Both the position numbers and the translations under genes were made by a program. A stretch of 63,813 bases of DNA, filler included, from Welwitschia mirabilis (lineage: Eukaryota): assembly GCA_051453625.1 (NCBI GenBank). It is 7 parts of one record of this genome, joined end to end, with 100 filler letters (N's around TTAATTAATTAA, not from the genome) between each part and the next. Parts side by side here need not be neighbours in the genome. Positions count along the whole stretch, not along the records: positions 1 to 24,675 come from JBOZIK010000001.1; 6 more parts are not named here. One strand, written 5' to 3'. The notes under the pieces were generated by a model. The model was not told the origin of the DNA. It worked only from the letters and a program-made list of their open reading frames with translations, and ran no database searches. Positions 1 to 12,692 of this stretch are shown one piece after another; position 1 is the first letter of the stretch, and every line of letters begins with the position of its first letter.

Positions 1-2230
1 GCCCTCCTTCTAGACCCAAAGAAGACGTATTGATGCAAATTCCCTTCCCTAGGCTTAGAAAGGACGACAACGTCCACTTTCTAGGGTGAGGTCCTAAACT
101 TGTTTAAAGGGCGACTGAAAATTAGGTACTCAATATGATTTCCCACAGAGTACAAATTAACTGGGAAAGAATGGTAGATTAGGGCCTAGTGGATAAAACT
201 TCACAGCTACTAAGGTGAGTAAAAGAAAAGAAAAGAGGAGATAAAGAATAGGGTATAGGAAAAAGACTTCCTTATAAAAGGAGGTATCCTCAGGTTGTCC
301 CAAGGTTCCGAATAAAGGGTATGGAATGGAGCTGGGATGTGAGATTAGAGATTGAATCTCCTCCCAGGGTTGTATCCAAGTAGGTGTAGTTCTCTAAAAG
401 AAGGATGAGAAAAGGTATACTAGAGGAGTATTCTTTCTTTGTTGAAGATAAAGGGATCTGTCTTTCTCTCACAATGGAGGTTACCTAAGTAAAGGAACTT
501 CGTATCCTCTATTGTGCCTACAAATAGTAAGTAACAAAGTAGTGAGAAGAGGGGGAAAAAACACTTTTATTCATGAATCTCTAAAAACCTTCACTCCCTT
601 TGAAATGAAAAGGAAAGGAGTATAAATAAGCCTCTCCCAGACAAGAAAAAGGGAGGACAGCTACATTATAGAAGCAGATAATTGGAAACAATGAATTGGA
701 AAACTTAACGAAAGCATAGAAATCATCAAACTTGTTCAATTTTGTAATAGCTCCTTTAGTTGTCTTCATAAGTCTTTCTTTCAGAGGAGGAGGAATCGTC
801 AGCTAGCTGAAAGTCAGGAAGAGAGGTGAACGCAAGATTACTATCTGGAATATGTGAAAAGGAACTCCACTATTATATATAACTTTTACAATGATAGAGG
901 ACGGGGGGGAAATTAAGAGAAAACATAGAGATGGTCTTCCAAATATAGAGACCTAGAAGCAGGGGAGAAAGGGAAAGATTGCCTCTTGGATGAGAGGCAA
1001 AGAAGAGGGAGTAACATGGAAGAATGGGAGCGAATGTGATAATGAAGAGGAGGGACCCAAATAGCATCTCCTTGTTGTTTGGTTGTGCTCATCGTCCTTA
1101 AGCTAGTTGTGATTATATAATTGAAGTGTCGCTTAGATGCCCAGCGTAGCACCAACAGATAGCTAGTACGTCCCTGATGGTACCAAAGAGGATCACCCTA
1201 CTAGAACAATGGTGACATCAATAGGCAGTAGATTGTAGTCACCCCATGGTGTAATGTTACAGGCAGGCTACAGGCTTGCTTGATTTTGGGGCGCCCTAAT
1301 CTGGAGTTTATTGTGAGTTAGACAGTAATACCCTTAGTGTATGAAACTAGATAAAGAGTTGGAGAAAGATACTTTCCTTTAGAGGACTACGTCTCTAGGA
1401 CGAAACAATCTGAAAGGGGCTACTAACTGAGAAATGCTCAAAAGAAAGNNNNNNNNNNTGGGGATATGGGACAAGAAACAAAAGTTGTAGGGTGGTCTAA
1501 AGTTCCACGCCCAAGGCATGGAATTTAGTGGAGAAGGTGGGAAGGAAGGAGGGGAGCAGGGCAGTGAAGAAAGAGGGGAAAGGAAGAGGAAAAGGAAAAG
1601 AGGGAGAAAGGAGGAGGAAGCAAAGGGAAAGAGAGCAATAGGGAGAGAAGTGGGTTAAGGGGGTTAGATGGTTCTGGGGTTCTAAATCGACCTAGCAACT
1701 GTTGTTAGAGATCCACTGCTGAAACCTTGGGATGTCTAAATCCATCATCCAATTCTTCTTCTCTGTGAACCAATTAAGACTGGAAGCTATGTGGTTTGGG
1801 GTCAAGGGAGGAAACCTGGAGCAATGACTTCATGCCCAAGGCATGAAGCATTGAGAAGTCAAGGGAAAATGAGAAGGGGTAGAGGATGGAAAAAGGGTTA
1901 AAAGAAAAGGGAAGAGGAGAAGAAATGATGGGAAAGGAAGAGAAGGGGGTTGAGGAGTGATCATCGATGGAGGAGGTGCCCAAAGGATGTCTTCTTGTTG
2001 GATTAAGGAGGCTAGACACCTAAAGTGAAGGCAAACCTTGATGCTAAAGAATGCCAGACTGAATTTTGGATCTGAAACCTGGAGGTAAGCTGGAGACCAA
2101 GTCAGACAAGGGAGAGGAACTGATCGGGGTGAAAGGATAAGATAGGAAAGGAGGCTAGGTGAAGGACGGGTTTGAGCAAAATTCAGAAGGTGTTCCCAAC
2201 ACCTAGGGGTCAGGTTGGTATCCAACAAAT
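1..2230 (-). mobile_element. Highly degenerate LINE (L1-like ORF2 endonuclease to start of RT)
   Basis: Strong purine skew on the + strand. Minus-strand frames give stop- and frameshift-riddled remnants resembling the endonuclease and the ILSQLI / KVD region at the start of RT. Motif support is weak. Confidence 0.45.
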
Positions 2231-5215
2231 TCTATGTATTATACTTTTATGTGTCAATTTCCTAGTAAGTGCATGAAAATACAAATGTCAAGTAGACTAT
2301 TTAATGGAACAAAATGCTAAATGAGAACTAATGGGATGTTAGGCATTGGTTGATGATAGAAAAACGCAAGATGATGATCATTTACTTACTACAACATATG
2401 GAATATACATGATGGAGTTATTGTGACAAGTCATAATGTTAAGTTATCATATGAATTGAATAATGGTAAGGCAATATGAATTGGTTGGCAATCAATATTG
2501 ACATTGGTAATTTGGCTTTGGAAGGAAATTGACTAAGGGAGGTAAACAAGGATGCTACTCAAACATCAAAACACCTTGTTAATAGGGAACTTGCAAAAGG
2601 TTGAAGAAAAAATTTTGTTTAATGGGGAACAAAGTGAAAGCACCTTGCAATATGTTGATGAGATGTAAATTGGGTCCAAAAGTAAAGATAACATCTTAAT
2701 ATTTAATCATGAACAATTGCTCTTTAACACTTGCTCTCAAAGTAATGATAAAGGTTACAACCATAGATTTCAAATGAGTGACATGTCACCAAAAAGGGCA
2801 ACATGTAGCCCTCCTTTCATTCTGAAAATGTCTTTAGGTCGACCAGCATTTTCAGTTGACATTTTGAAAAAGTCTGTGACACGTCACCAATCAAAATGTT
2901 GGCGACAATTTGCCGACATGTTCAACAAAGTCACGTTTTTATAGGTAAAGTGGAGAACAAAAGTTAAGATATATAAAAAGGTTTGAACACTCACATTTTT
3001 CTAACATCAACTTCTTTTTTATGCAGTGAGTTTTCATTTTCCCTTTTGTGTCCAAAGCCTTTTTTCGTTATTTTTTTGCTTGTTATCATTTTGAATCTAA
3101 AGTGTTTCAAAAGAAGGACAAGGCATGACAATGGTACATAGCTAGAATGATGGCAATTACGACTATTTGCATATGATGAACATGTCATGTCATTACATGC
3201 TTATATATCCCTTTCTCAATCATTTGTTTCTGAATTCTGATATATGTAACATAGTATGTCACTTGGAAATCAAAAGTAGATTTGTGGACATGTATAACAT
3301 TGTATTAAATTTATGTTATTTTTTTAGATACACTCATTAATGTATTTATGAAGTTGATTACCAGAAGTGTAATTTTTTACTATGCTATTTGGTGTCCAAT
3401 TAATAAGTCTATGCCAAATGGTTCTTCAATCACTTGGTTTTAATGTTTTCTAGCTTGGATTAATTGAGTAACTCATCAAACTATTATTTTCCCTTATAAA
3501 AAAAAAAGAGCAATTACCACATTTTGCATCGACATTTTACTGACTCAATTGTGGCAGGTACCCCTAACACAACTTTTTGAGGCTACCAGCATTTAAATTT
3601 GCCAACGTTGAAATCATTGGTTACAACCATACAAATGATTGCTCGAAAACTGCGATTGAAGAAAAATAAATAATTAAATCTCAATGGAATTGCGATTCCA
3701 TTAGGATCATAATTCTAGACAATAGAATTGCAATTGGAATTGAAATTGTGATTCCGATGATTCTTGGTTGTCTAGAATCTCAATGCATATCAAAATACTA
3801 AGAGACCAATAAAAGAAATTTTTCTTCCCTTTCCAACACATTATTGTAACTCCAATTTGCAGAAGTTGAAGGCCTGCACACCAATATCTTCACTTTTTGA
3901 TAGAGTTTATTGATTGAGAGTCAAATTTCTTAATTGTTTGAGTGAATTAGAATATATGGTTGTACTTATGCCTTTCACTACTATCTTGTTTCTGTTGTTT
4001 TGTTCATTTCATTCGAACTACATGTTTCAAGAGGGGTTGATGCAAAACCTACTTCAAATATGCATTTTTAGATGCATAATAATTTTGTTGATTCCATTTC
4101 ATGACTGTCTTCTTTTTTTTTCTTTTTCCCCCTCAAATTTATGTTTTGAATGAGCTAAGCTTCACATTAGAGAGAAAAGGGTGCATCCTCTTCTCCACAA
4201 CAACCATTAGAATAACCATAGCTCGTTTCATGATTTCATAACTATGTGACCTATTTTATATTGCACTAATTATAACCTCTTACATTTTGAATGCAAATGC
4301 AAACCTTGATGGATCACATTTTGCAATCGAGCATGACACTATGTTATTTTGGAGGTGTTACAATGTTTGTTGTTGTTTTGCTGATGATAAAACAGTATTG
4401 TCATAATTCCATATACCCATGTGTTTTCCCCATACATGCTCTATCTTAATTTGTTTTTAGGCTTTATAATCAACTTGATCTAAATATCTATCAAAATCCT
4501 AGAAGTTCTCATATCTTGATGTTTTTCAAACCTCACATTGAAAGTAAATTTGGAAGGTTTGGTTAAGCAACTACAAGAGACCACCTAAAACATTGAGAAG
4601 ATGTTAGGAATCATGCAACAGACTCTGTTTGTCATCAACAAAGCAGGGGACTAATTCATGCTCAACCTATGCAAACAAAGAGGATGTGGACTACAAGTTG
4701 GTGACTAGATAGGGCAACAACACCAAATTCTGAAGTTCGAGAGGAAGATAGAGGCAAAGATGATACTGTGATGATGCTTTGTAACAAGATTTGGAGCAAC
4801 CTTCCACTTCAGCAACTAATAAGCCTCCTAAGAGGAAGGCAGATCATGAAACCACACCATGCATGAAAAGGTTCAAGCATGCTGCTGCTTGTGGTATGTA
4901 AGAGAAGTGTTTAAGGGAGTCAAGATTAATCTACCTTTGACCTTGTGGAAGATCCTACAAGACAGTATGCAAATGAAAAGTTTTGGAGAGACTTAGTAAC
5001 TTGGAAAAAGAACCACTTACTCCTAAGAGGGTCTTTAGGGCTCAAAGTACTACCTTCTTATTTTTTGGATGTCATGACAGGATGCCTTTTTTATTACTAA
5101 CATGAGGCCTAAGCATAAGGAGACTTCATGTGCTTCCACAAGAATTGAACCAAATCTTATAGTTCAGAAATTGAAACAAAAGTAAAACACATAACTCTGT
5201 AAATTTACCACAAAC

Positions 5216-5383
5216 CTAAAAACCATAGGACAATAATCCTTCCATTTAAAGTCCACCGACTGATGCGGAGGAGTTAGCTGAGAACCCTCTCTAGGAAATT
5301 TCATCCAAATCCTTGCTCGTGGCCCAAAATCTGATAGTCGAACTTCACGCCTTGGTATTGGAGTAATCTTCCCAACACTGTAT
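5216..5383 (-). CDS. PIP5K9: PIP5K second coding exon (dimerization domain / start of PIPK catalytic domain)
   Basis: Acceptor TGTACAG|A, translation (R)YSVGKITPIPRREVRLSDFGPRARIWMKFPREGSQLTPPHQSVDFKWKDYCPMVF(R), donor TTTAG|GTTTG at 5215. The split Arg codon AG|A fits the preceding exon. Later catalytic exons were not found in 1-5215 and presumably lie left of the window. Confidence 0.93.
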
Positions 5384-5411
5384 CTGTACAAACATAATGT
5401 GGTTAGAAAGC

Positions 5412-5713
5412 TTATAACTCTGTACAATGATAATCTGATTCACTCAGGGTTCTCTACAGATTGCATTTTATTGATTAATGTTTAATCCTAGCAAGTTTAC
5501 GACTGAAATTATATCCAACAATCTGAAAAAGACCTGTCCAACACAGAACACTACTCACGAATATTCTGAAGACTCTCTTTGACTCGACTCACCCTGGTTT
5601 TCAATAAAGAGCAATCTTTATAGAAAATACAAAGAAAAACTAATGCAAAGCTCTTAAAAGCATGTATCATTAAAAAGGTTTAGATGCATGTGAAATGGAA
5701 GAGGCTATAACAT
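5412..5713 (+). repeat. ~300-bp direct repeat, copy 1 (copy 2 at ~12391-12692)
   Basis: gtacaatgataatct...gatgcatgtgaaatggaagaggct aligns end to end with copy 2, roughly 85-90% identical by eye. Confidence 0.9.
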
Positions 5714-8208
5714 GAAGCGTCAATTTTAAATGGCAAGATGGAAGTGTCAATTTCAAAAGGTTTAGCAAGAGGGGTTCATTTTTTAGAGAATCTGGTTTAA
5801 GAGCATCTTTCAATTCCAAATTTTTGACCACCTCAAAAGTGAGAGTGGTATAAGCTATATTTACAAGTACTGAAGAGATGACAACATACAAAACCAAGCT
5901 CCTTATTTAAACATTTATTCTTATTGATCTTCCTCCAAATGCAAATGTTGAAGAGACTGAAGTAGCATTTGCTGGAAGAAAGTCTTGGGAGTCAGAAGTT
6001 GCAAATAATCAAAGATCCATTAAAGGAAAAAGGAACCCATTTAGAAGTCCCACAAATCCTGCATTATAGCCTTAGATTCTCTTCAAATGTCCTCTAGGGA
6101 AATAATTAGCTATAAGAAACAGAGATCAAACAATTGCATAAGATTTTTTACACTCTATGGTTTACCATTGGAGGATTGTTGAAAAAGATCAAAACTACCA
6201 CATGAAATTAACATCAAACCACAACAAGCATACAACATTGTGCTTTAGACACTTTTAAGAACTTTCCATTGTTAGCTCTGGCATTGACAGAAGTGCTTCT
6301 TATAATAGAGCCTGCTAACCATGGAAAAGCTGCTTCAGCTCTCAACAGTAAGTTCTCCTCCACAAAACCATTCCTTGTGATCCTTCAAGTTTACCAAAAT
6401 GCCCACCATGTAAAGAATTTGATGCAAAAATGTGTGACGAGGAAGCAGGAAGGAGGCATCAAGCAGGTGGAGGAAGAGGACATCATGATGGGAGCAAGCG
6501 CATATCACAGGAATCAAGAGTAGTTCCACCACTTGAGGCCAACGCTAAAATAGTTGTCTTTATTCAGAGGCAGTGTTCACTGGCACAAGGCTCATCTATG
6601 AATAAGAGTAAAAAATTCAATGCGTGTCAGGAAGACGGTGCTATGGGATTCCTTCTCGATCCTCCGAGGGCTATGCTTCCTTCCACATAAACATCTGGTA
6701 ATCATCAGATGTCCTGTCAGTAAATTTCTTTACCTCACTCAGGGATTTTTTCCAAATGCAAAACTACTTCCATGAACACAAAAAGACAAAGATGATGATA
6801 TGGCCTTTACACTATGTCATTCATCATTTGTGATAATGGATTTGAATAAGCAAGGGACATATGAAACTCAAGCTAAGGACGATGCAGCAAACATGCCTTG
6901 CATATCTTTGACAAAAAGTAATGTTGGTATCAACCTCCACAGTGAACAAAATAATGGTCAAAGAACATCCACTGATAGTGTGCAGAGTAATTGCAGTTAC
7001 AAGTTCCATCAAGTTAAAGGCCATTCCAATAAACAAGGCTTTCTTTCTTTTCAGTAGGCTAAATCTTTTAAAGGCTTTGATGATTACCCTTTGTAATATT
7101 AAGCAACAAATTTTCTTCACAGAGATTAAAAATTCAAAAGCTTGTCTATGAAGAATCTAATATGGAATGGACAGGTCATGATAATCAAGAAGTATGAATT
7201 TGATTTGTAGAATAATGTCCCCATGAAATGGTTCCTTGGATTACGTCCAAGTCTGGGAATTGTGTGTGTACTTGGTATTGCTTTCATTCATACAGAACTT
7301 GTCAATGGAATTCCTATAATATTTACTCATTTTGTAACTAATCTCAGAGCGTTTCACCAGGTTCTTATCTTTGTGTACGTGAAGTTAGTGGCAACTTCCT
7401 ATGTGCGTCTGAGGAATGGTTCCTCAGAGGGCGCATTGGTCCTAAAGAATATAGGTTGTATAGATGCATTAAAAGGTATCAATATCGAGATGCATACGCA
7501 GATGACCATGAATTTGAAAATCGGCTCATCTATAGTATTGGAGAAGTGATTATCTGAGAGAGCTAAAATCCTAGCATTAACAATGACCTTGGTAAGACAA
7601 TGCAAAATGTTAAGTTTCCAAGTCCTTCTATTCATGACATTGTAGAAGCATTCTCCACAAGTAGCACAGTGAATAAGAGTAAGGTTGTCTAGATGCTTCC
7701 ATATGAGTAGAGGCTCCAGGACAGAAAAAGGCAAGATTTCGTAAACGTTCTAGAAATGATACAAATAAGCAAAAAAAATGCTAAACAAGGTAATAAATCT
7801 AGATACATAATAATGCAAAAGGAGGATTTCTACTGATTAAATTAAAATGTGTAAAGCAAGTTGAATGTTGGTCTTTCTGATATTCTTTGATGATGAAAAT
7901 CAAATCAAAAAATACCTAAAATGTAAAGCTGATTCGGAGCAACATGTGCTCTCTTTTCGTAAGAACCAAGTCGAAGCACTTGCGCTCTCTTCTTATAAGA
8001 ATTGCGTTGAAGTAGCCCGCCCTGCTCTATTTTTGAAGAAACACGCGATCGAGGGTACCGAGTCAAAGTAGCCCGCCGCGATGTGTTTTCAAAGAAACAC
8101 ACGATAGTNNNNNNNNNNNNNNNNNNNNNNNNNNNNNNNNNNNNNNNNNNNNNNNNNNNNNNNNNNNNNNNNNNNNNNNNNNNNNNNNNNNNNNNNNNNN
8201 NNNNNNNN

Positions 8209-9960
8209 ATTATTACTAAAATATTTTATAAACTTTTGTTACATTCTAATACATGAGATTAAATAGTATTAATCTCTTTTTTCATCTGTTGTTATGCTCT
8301 TCCCTATCCAAAATGACTTTCTTGTAGTTTCTATGTGACCTTTTAAATTTACTAGCTGGAATGACCTTTAACTGGTTTTCTTGCTTTCCATGTTTTGGCA
8401 TTCTTTTCCTATTTTTTTGATTTTAGAAATGCACCTTCCTAAAGTAAAATCCATGTTTTCAAGCTGGAAAAGAATCTCTTCACTACTTAATGGTATGGGT
8501 TCTTCTTCTTCTTCTTCTACTATACCATTGAAAGGTCTCTTCATTTGTCTATACCTATGCTTTTTATCAAAGAATCTTCTATGCCCTTAGTAGCAATGTT
8601 TTCTGCTATGAGGCAACCATAAAGAATTAGTCTTATAAGCACATATGGGACATGCTAATCTTCCCTTCATGCTCCATCCTGCAAAGTTTCCATATGCTGG
8701 AAAATCATTTATCATCTAAAGTAGCACTACTTTCATGGTAAAGAACTCCTTCTTTAGTCTATCATATGTTTGTACTCTCTTATACCATAGTAGCTTCAAC
8801 TCTTTAATAAGAGGTTAAAGGTACACATCAATATCTTTTCCTAGTTGCTTAGGCCTCGGAATGAGTAAAGAAAGTGTCACATACAACCTTTTCATGCATA
8901 GCTAGGGTGGTAAGCTATAGATAACTATCATAACTGGCCAACAACTATAAGAAATACAAAGCATCCCAAAAGGATTAAATCCATCTGTTGCATTACCAAG
9001 TCTTACATGTCTGGGTTTGACCTTAAATTCATTGTATGATTCATTAATGCTTTTCCATAAGATAGAATATGTTGGATGTCACATTATACCATAGTCTATT
9101 TTCTTTTTTGAATGCCATATTATATGTTCCGCTATTGTGGGTGATGCATAAAGCCTTTGTAGCCTTGAAATTAAGGAAAAGTATCACAATACTTTGGTAG
9201 GTAATCTTTTATATGGTTTACTTTCCTTAGGACATCCCTTTGATTTCCATCTAGATGCATTACACTAAGGACATTCATTTTTGTTCTCATACTCCTTCCA
9301 ATATAACACACAATAATTAGGGCATGCATGTATTTTATCATATTTCATACCTAGGGAGTTAAGTGTCCTTTTCAATTTATCATAAGAACTTGGACTTGTA
9401 TTACCTTTTGGAAAAGAGTTATATAAGAGATCAAGCAACATTAAAAATGTTGAATTTGACCATCCACCCATTGCTTTAATGTTGAGCCATTTGATAATCA
9501 TAGAAAGCTTTGTATATTTTATGCAACTGGGGTATAATGGCTCCTTGCCTTCTTTGATTAACCTATCATATCCTGCATTTTTCACATCACCACTAAAGTT
9601 ATTAGAATTTGAGAAATCCATGGTGTTTTTTCCTTCATGTGATTGCTCTCCATCGTTAAAGAACATAAAGGCTTCTTTCATCATGGAAACAGGATCATCT
9701 TGTATTATATTTGGGCCTCTACATTTGTCATAGTGTTCTTCTGATGCTTCCCCATGCATAATCCACCTTATATATGTAAGATCCATGCTTTTGCATAAAA
9801 GATGCTAAAAAACAATATTTGGTTGTTAATAACAAGTGTTGCAGCATTTTACACATGGAAAAAGTATGCCTTGAGAACTGCATGAATTGTTAATTACAAA
9901 ATCTATGAACATCTTTACACCATTCTCATACTTCTTACATTTCCTACACATAGTAATATT
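8209..9960 (-). mobile_element. CACTA/En-Spm TnpD-like transposase remnant (pseudogenised)
   Basis: ORF 9265-9786 (TYIRWIMHGE...YDKIHACPNYCVLYWKEY) continues past stops into RHVRLGNATDGFNPFG, YSCWPVMIVIYSLPP and GKDIDVYL, which are Transposase_21-type motifs. No CACTA termini located. Confidence 0.9.
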
Positions 9961-12039
9961 AGACAAATAAGTACATAATATTTATGAAGTTATAGGAATA
10001 ACTTTAAATGTAATTGGATATGTAATACCTGTTCATAAACATCTAGTTCTTTTTCCTTGGATAAATGAATTTATCAAATGACGACGATGGATATGATGAT
10101 GCCATTTGATGTATTCCTATAATAGTCTCAACACAAGATAATTTATCTTAGATGAGCATGACAAATGCATCCTTCTTTGCATCTCAATAAAGAAATTATG
10201 AGGGAAGAGAAAAAGCCATTATAGTTATACGAAAATCCAAACAACATAACAAAAAGACAGATGTTTTAAATGCTAAATTAATCATGAGTAACCTTAATTT
10301 AGGATTAGTTTAATAACACATCTACATGTGCATGCATACATCACATGTGTACACAAGCACACATGCAGATGTGTAGAGGCATACACAATGCATAAAGAAC
10401 TCTGAAGTAGTGTAGTTCAGTTGAGCTTTAGTAATGATATTCATAATGTATAGGATGTCATGTACATAATTATAAATTTTGCATACACAATGCATAAAGA
10501 ACTCTAAAGTAGTCAAGTATTAATGTGCTTAACAACTTTAGTGGTTCGACCTCCAGATGAACCTACAACCCTGATGGCTTTTACTATGCATGACACATTT
10601 TCCATCAAGTCATTCAGTATTACTAGTACATATGAAGAACTAAAAGCCATTGTTAATAGGTTTGGTATTTACAATTAATAGAATGTTGGACCCAATGTGC
10701 TTCTTGATAAGATTTTTATCTAGGAATTTGGCTTTTTATATGGACTCTCCATTAATCTCATTTCTATAAACCATCTCCTATACTCTTACTCATCCGTTTA
10801 ACCCTAACTAAGTTGTTCTATTTTAGGAATCTAAGTTACCATTGAAGAACCTGCATTTGGAATGCCACAGATAAGTACATAGTTCTTATTTATTTTGCTA
10901 TCTCTCCTACTCTAAATGTAATGAAGATGCATTAATAAATAGAAGAAATGGAAGAGTAGAAGAGATTGAGAGGATAGCAATCTTTGGTGATTGAAGAACC
11001 TCTGCAAATATTTCCTTCTATTTTTACCTGAACTTAATCAATGCAAAGGAGAGGGAGGGAAGTATATTTTTTCATGCTATGTAAGATCTAAATTTATTCT
11101 TTCAACCTAGTAGAAAGGACATGAATATTTGCTACAATGTTCTTGATCTTCTCCTCTTGTTATGAGTTTAAAATGCAAAGCCTGCAAGCTCAAAAGGAGA
11201 AGAAATTAGGTGGGAAAAAGAAACTTTTAAGGTTAGGTGGAAAAAAGGAGTTAGATAAGATAAAAAGGAGAATAAATTAGATAAAAGCATGTTAACAAAG
11301 GGAGAAGACAAAGAAGAAAGGAGTACTTTTTATTTTTCATATAGGTATTCAAGTGGTCCACTAATTAACCTCACTTATGGGAAACCAGACTATCAGTCCA
11401 TTCAACCAATTATCACTCTAGTTGTCATAATACTCTAGGAATATATTTCTACTTAACACTAAAACATTGTAAAGTTTGTGTCATCTAAATATATCAAGAA
11501 TACAAACTACCTATTGCTATGTACTTAGCCTCCATAGTGAGAAAAAAAATGGAACTTCACTTCTTTTTATCCAGGCTATAAGGCCATTATCCAAAAAGTA
11601 GCGTATTGTGCTTTTTCTCTTTTTATATTCTGCATCATTATTTCATAGTGTGCCTAGATAATCTAATTATTTTTTAGAATAGTAAGATGTAATTCTTTTG
11701 GTTTTCAGTAGTATCTCATGTAGACACATGAACCAAATATGATACCAAGTCTGATTACTTTCAAACAAAGAGGAATTCTTCTGTGAAATTTTAGACGTGT
11801 ATCTTTACATTGTTCATCTCTAGAAAAGTTTAGTATATGATCCCATAGGAGCATAAGCAAGTTTAGGATTCTCAAAAATAAACTTCTTACCCAAATTAGA
11901 TGCATATTTAACTATTAAAAATACCATCATCATATTGTCTAACTTGCAGACTGAGAGAAATATTCAACTTAAGAGTTACATCATTTCAAACTCTTGCTCT
12001 ATCAGATTAGCAAAATTTAAAGGAAAAGTATTATTTGAA

Positions 12040-12142
12040 GGTCTAAAGGTAATATGATCAACATAAATTTGGGTGATAAGAAAAAGAGTGGAGGTCTAAA
12101 GGTAATATGATCAACATGAATTTGGGTGATAAGGAAAAGAGA
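12040..12142 (+). repeat. ~52-bp tandem duplication
   Basis: ggtctaaaggtaatatgatcaacat(a/g)aatttgggtgataag occurs twice. Confidence 0.9.
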
Positions 12143-12390
12143 ATCTCCATATTTGTTAAACATGGTTTATTAATTTTTTCTTTATTGTAATCAATACTCT
12201 AAAGGAATATTAGTGAAGTTTTCACACTAAGCTATAAGATCTAGTTTTCAACCATATAGAGCCTTTCTAAGCTTGTAAATATCATCTAGAAAATGATAGT
12301 CAATGAAACCTCTTGGCTGTTCAACATATTTTATACTAATATATCATTTAAGAAAATACTTTAAACATTAAATTGATAAAAATCAAATTA

Positions 12391-12692
12391 CTTAAACTGT
12401 GTACAATGATAATCTAATTCACTCAGGGTTCTCTATAGATTGCATTTTATTTATTAATGATTAATCCTAGCAAGTTTACAACTAAAATTATATCCAACAA
12501 TCTGAAAAAGACCTGTCTAAGACAAAAAACTACTCATGAATATTCTAAAGACTTTCTTTGACTAGACTCACCCTAGTTTTTAATAAAGAGTATTCTTTAT
12601 GAAAAATACAAAGAAAAATTAATGTAAAGCTCTTAAAAGCATGTATCATTAAAAGGGTTTGGATGCATGTGAAATGGAAGAGGCTGTAACAT
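12391..12692 (+). repeat. ~300-bp direct repeat, copy 2
   Basis: Colinear with 5412-5713. Confidence 0.9.

Noticed and set aside
3640..3790. Short palindromes and an ATTCTAGACAA/TTGTCTAGAAT inverted repeat as a structured ncRNA
   Set aside because: The stems are short; more consistent with a decayed MITE or DNA-transposon subterminal region, with no miRNA-length hairpin.
5421..12691. The 300-bp repeats as an LTR pair (TG...CA)
   Set aside because: Homology extends beyond the TG/CA, no TSD, PBS or PPT was found, and the interior encodes CACTA rather than gag-pol.
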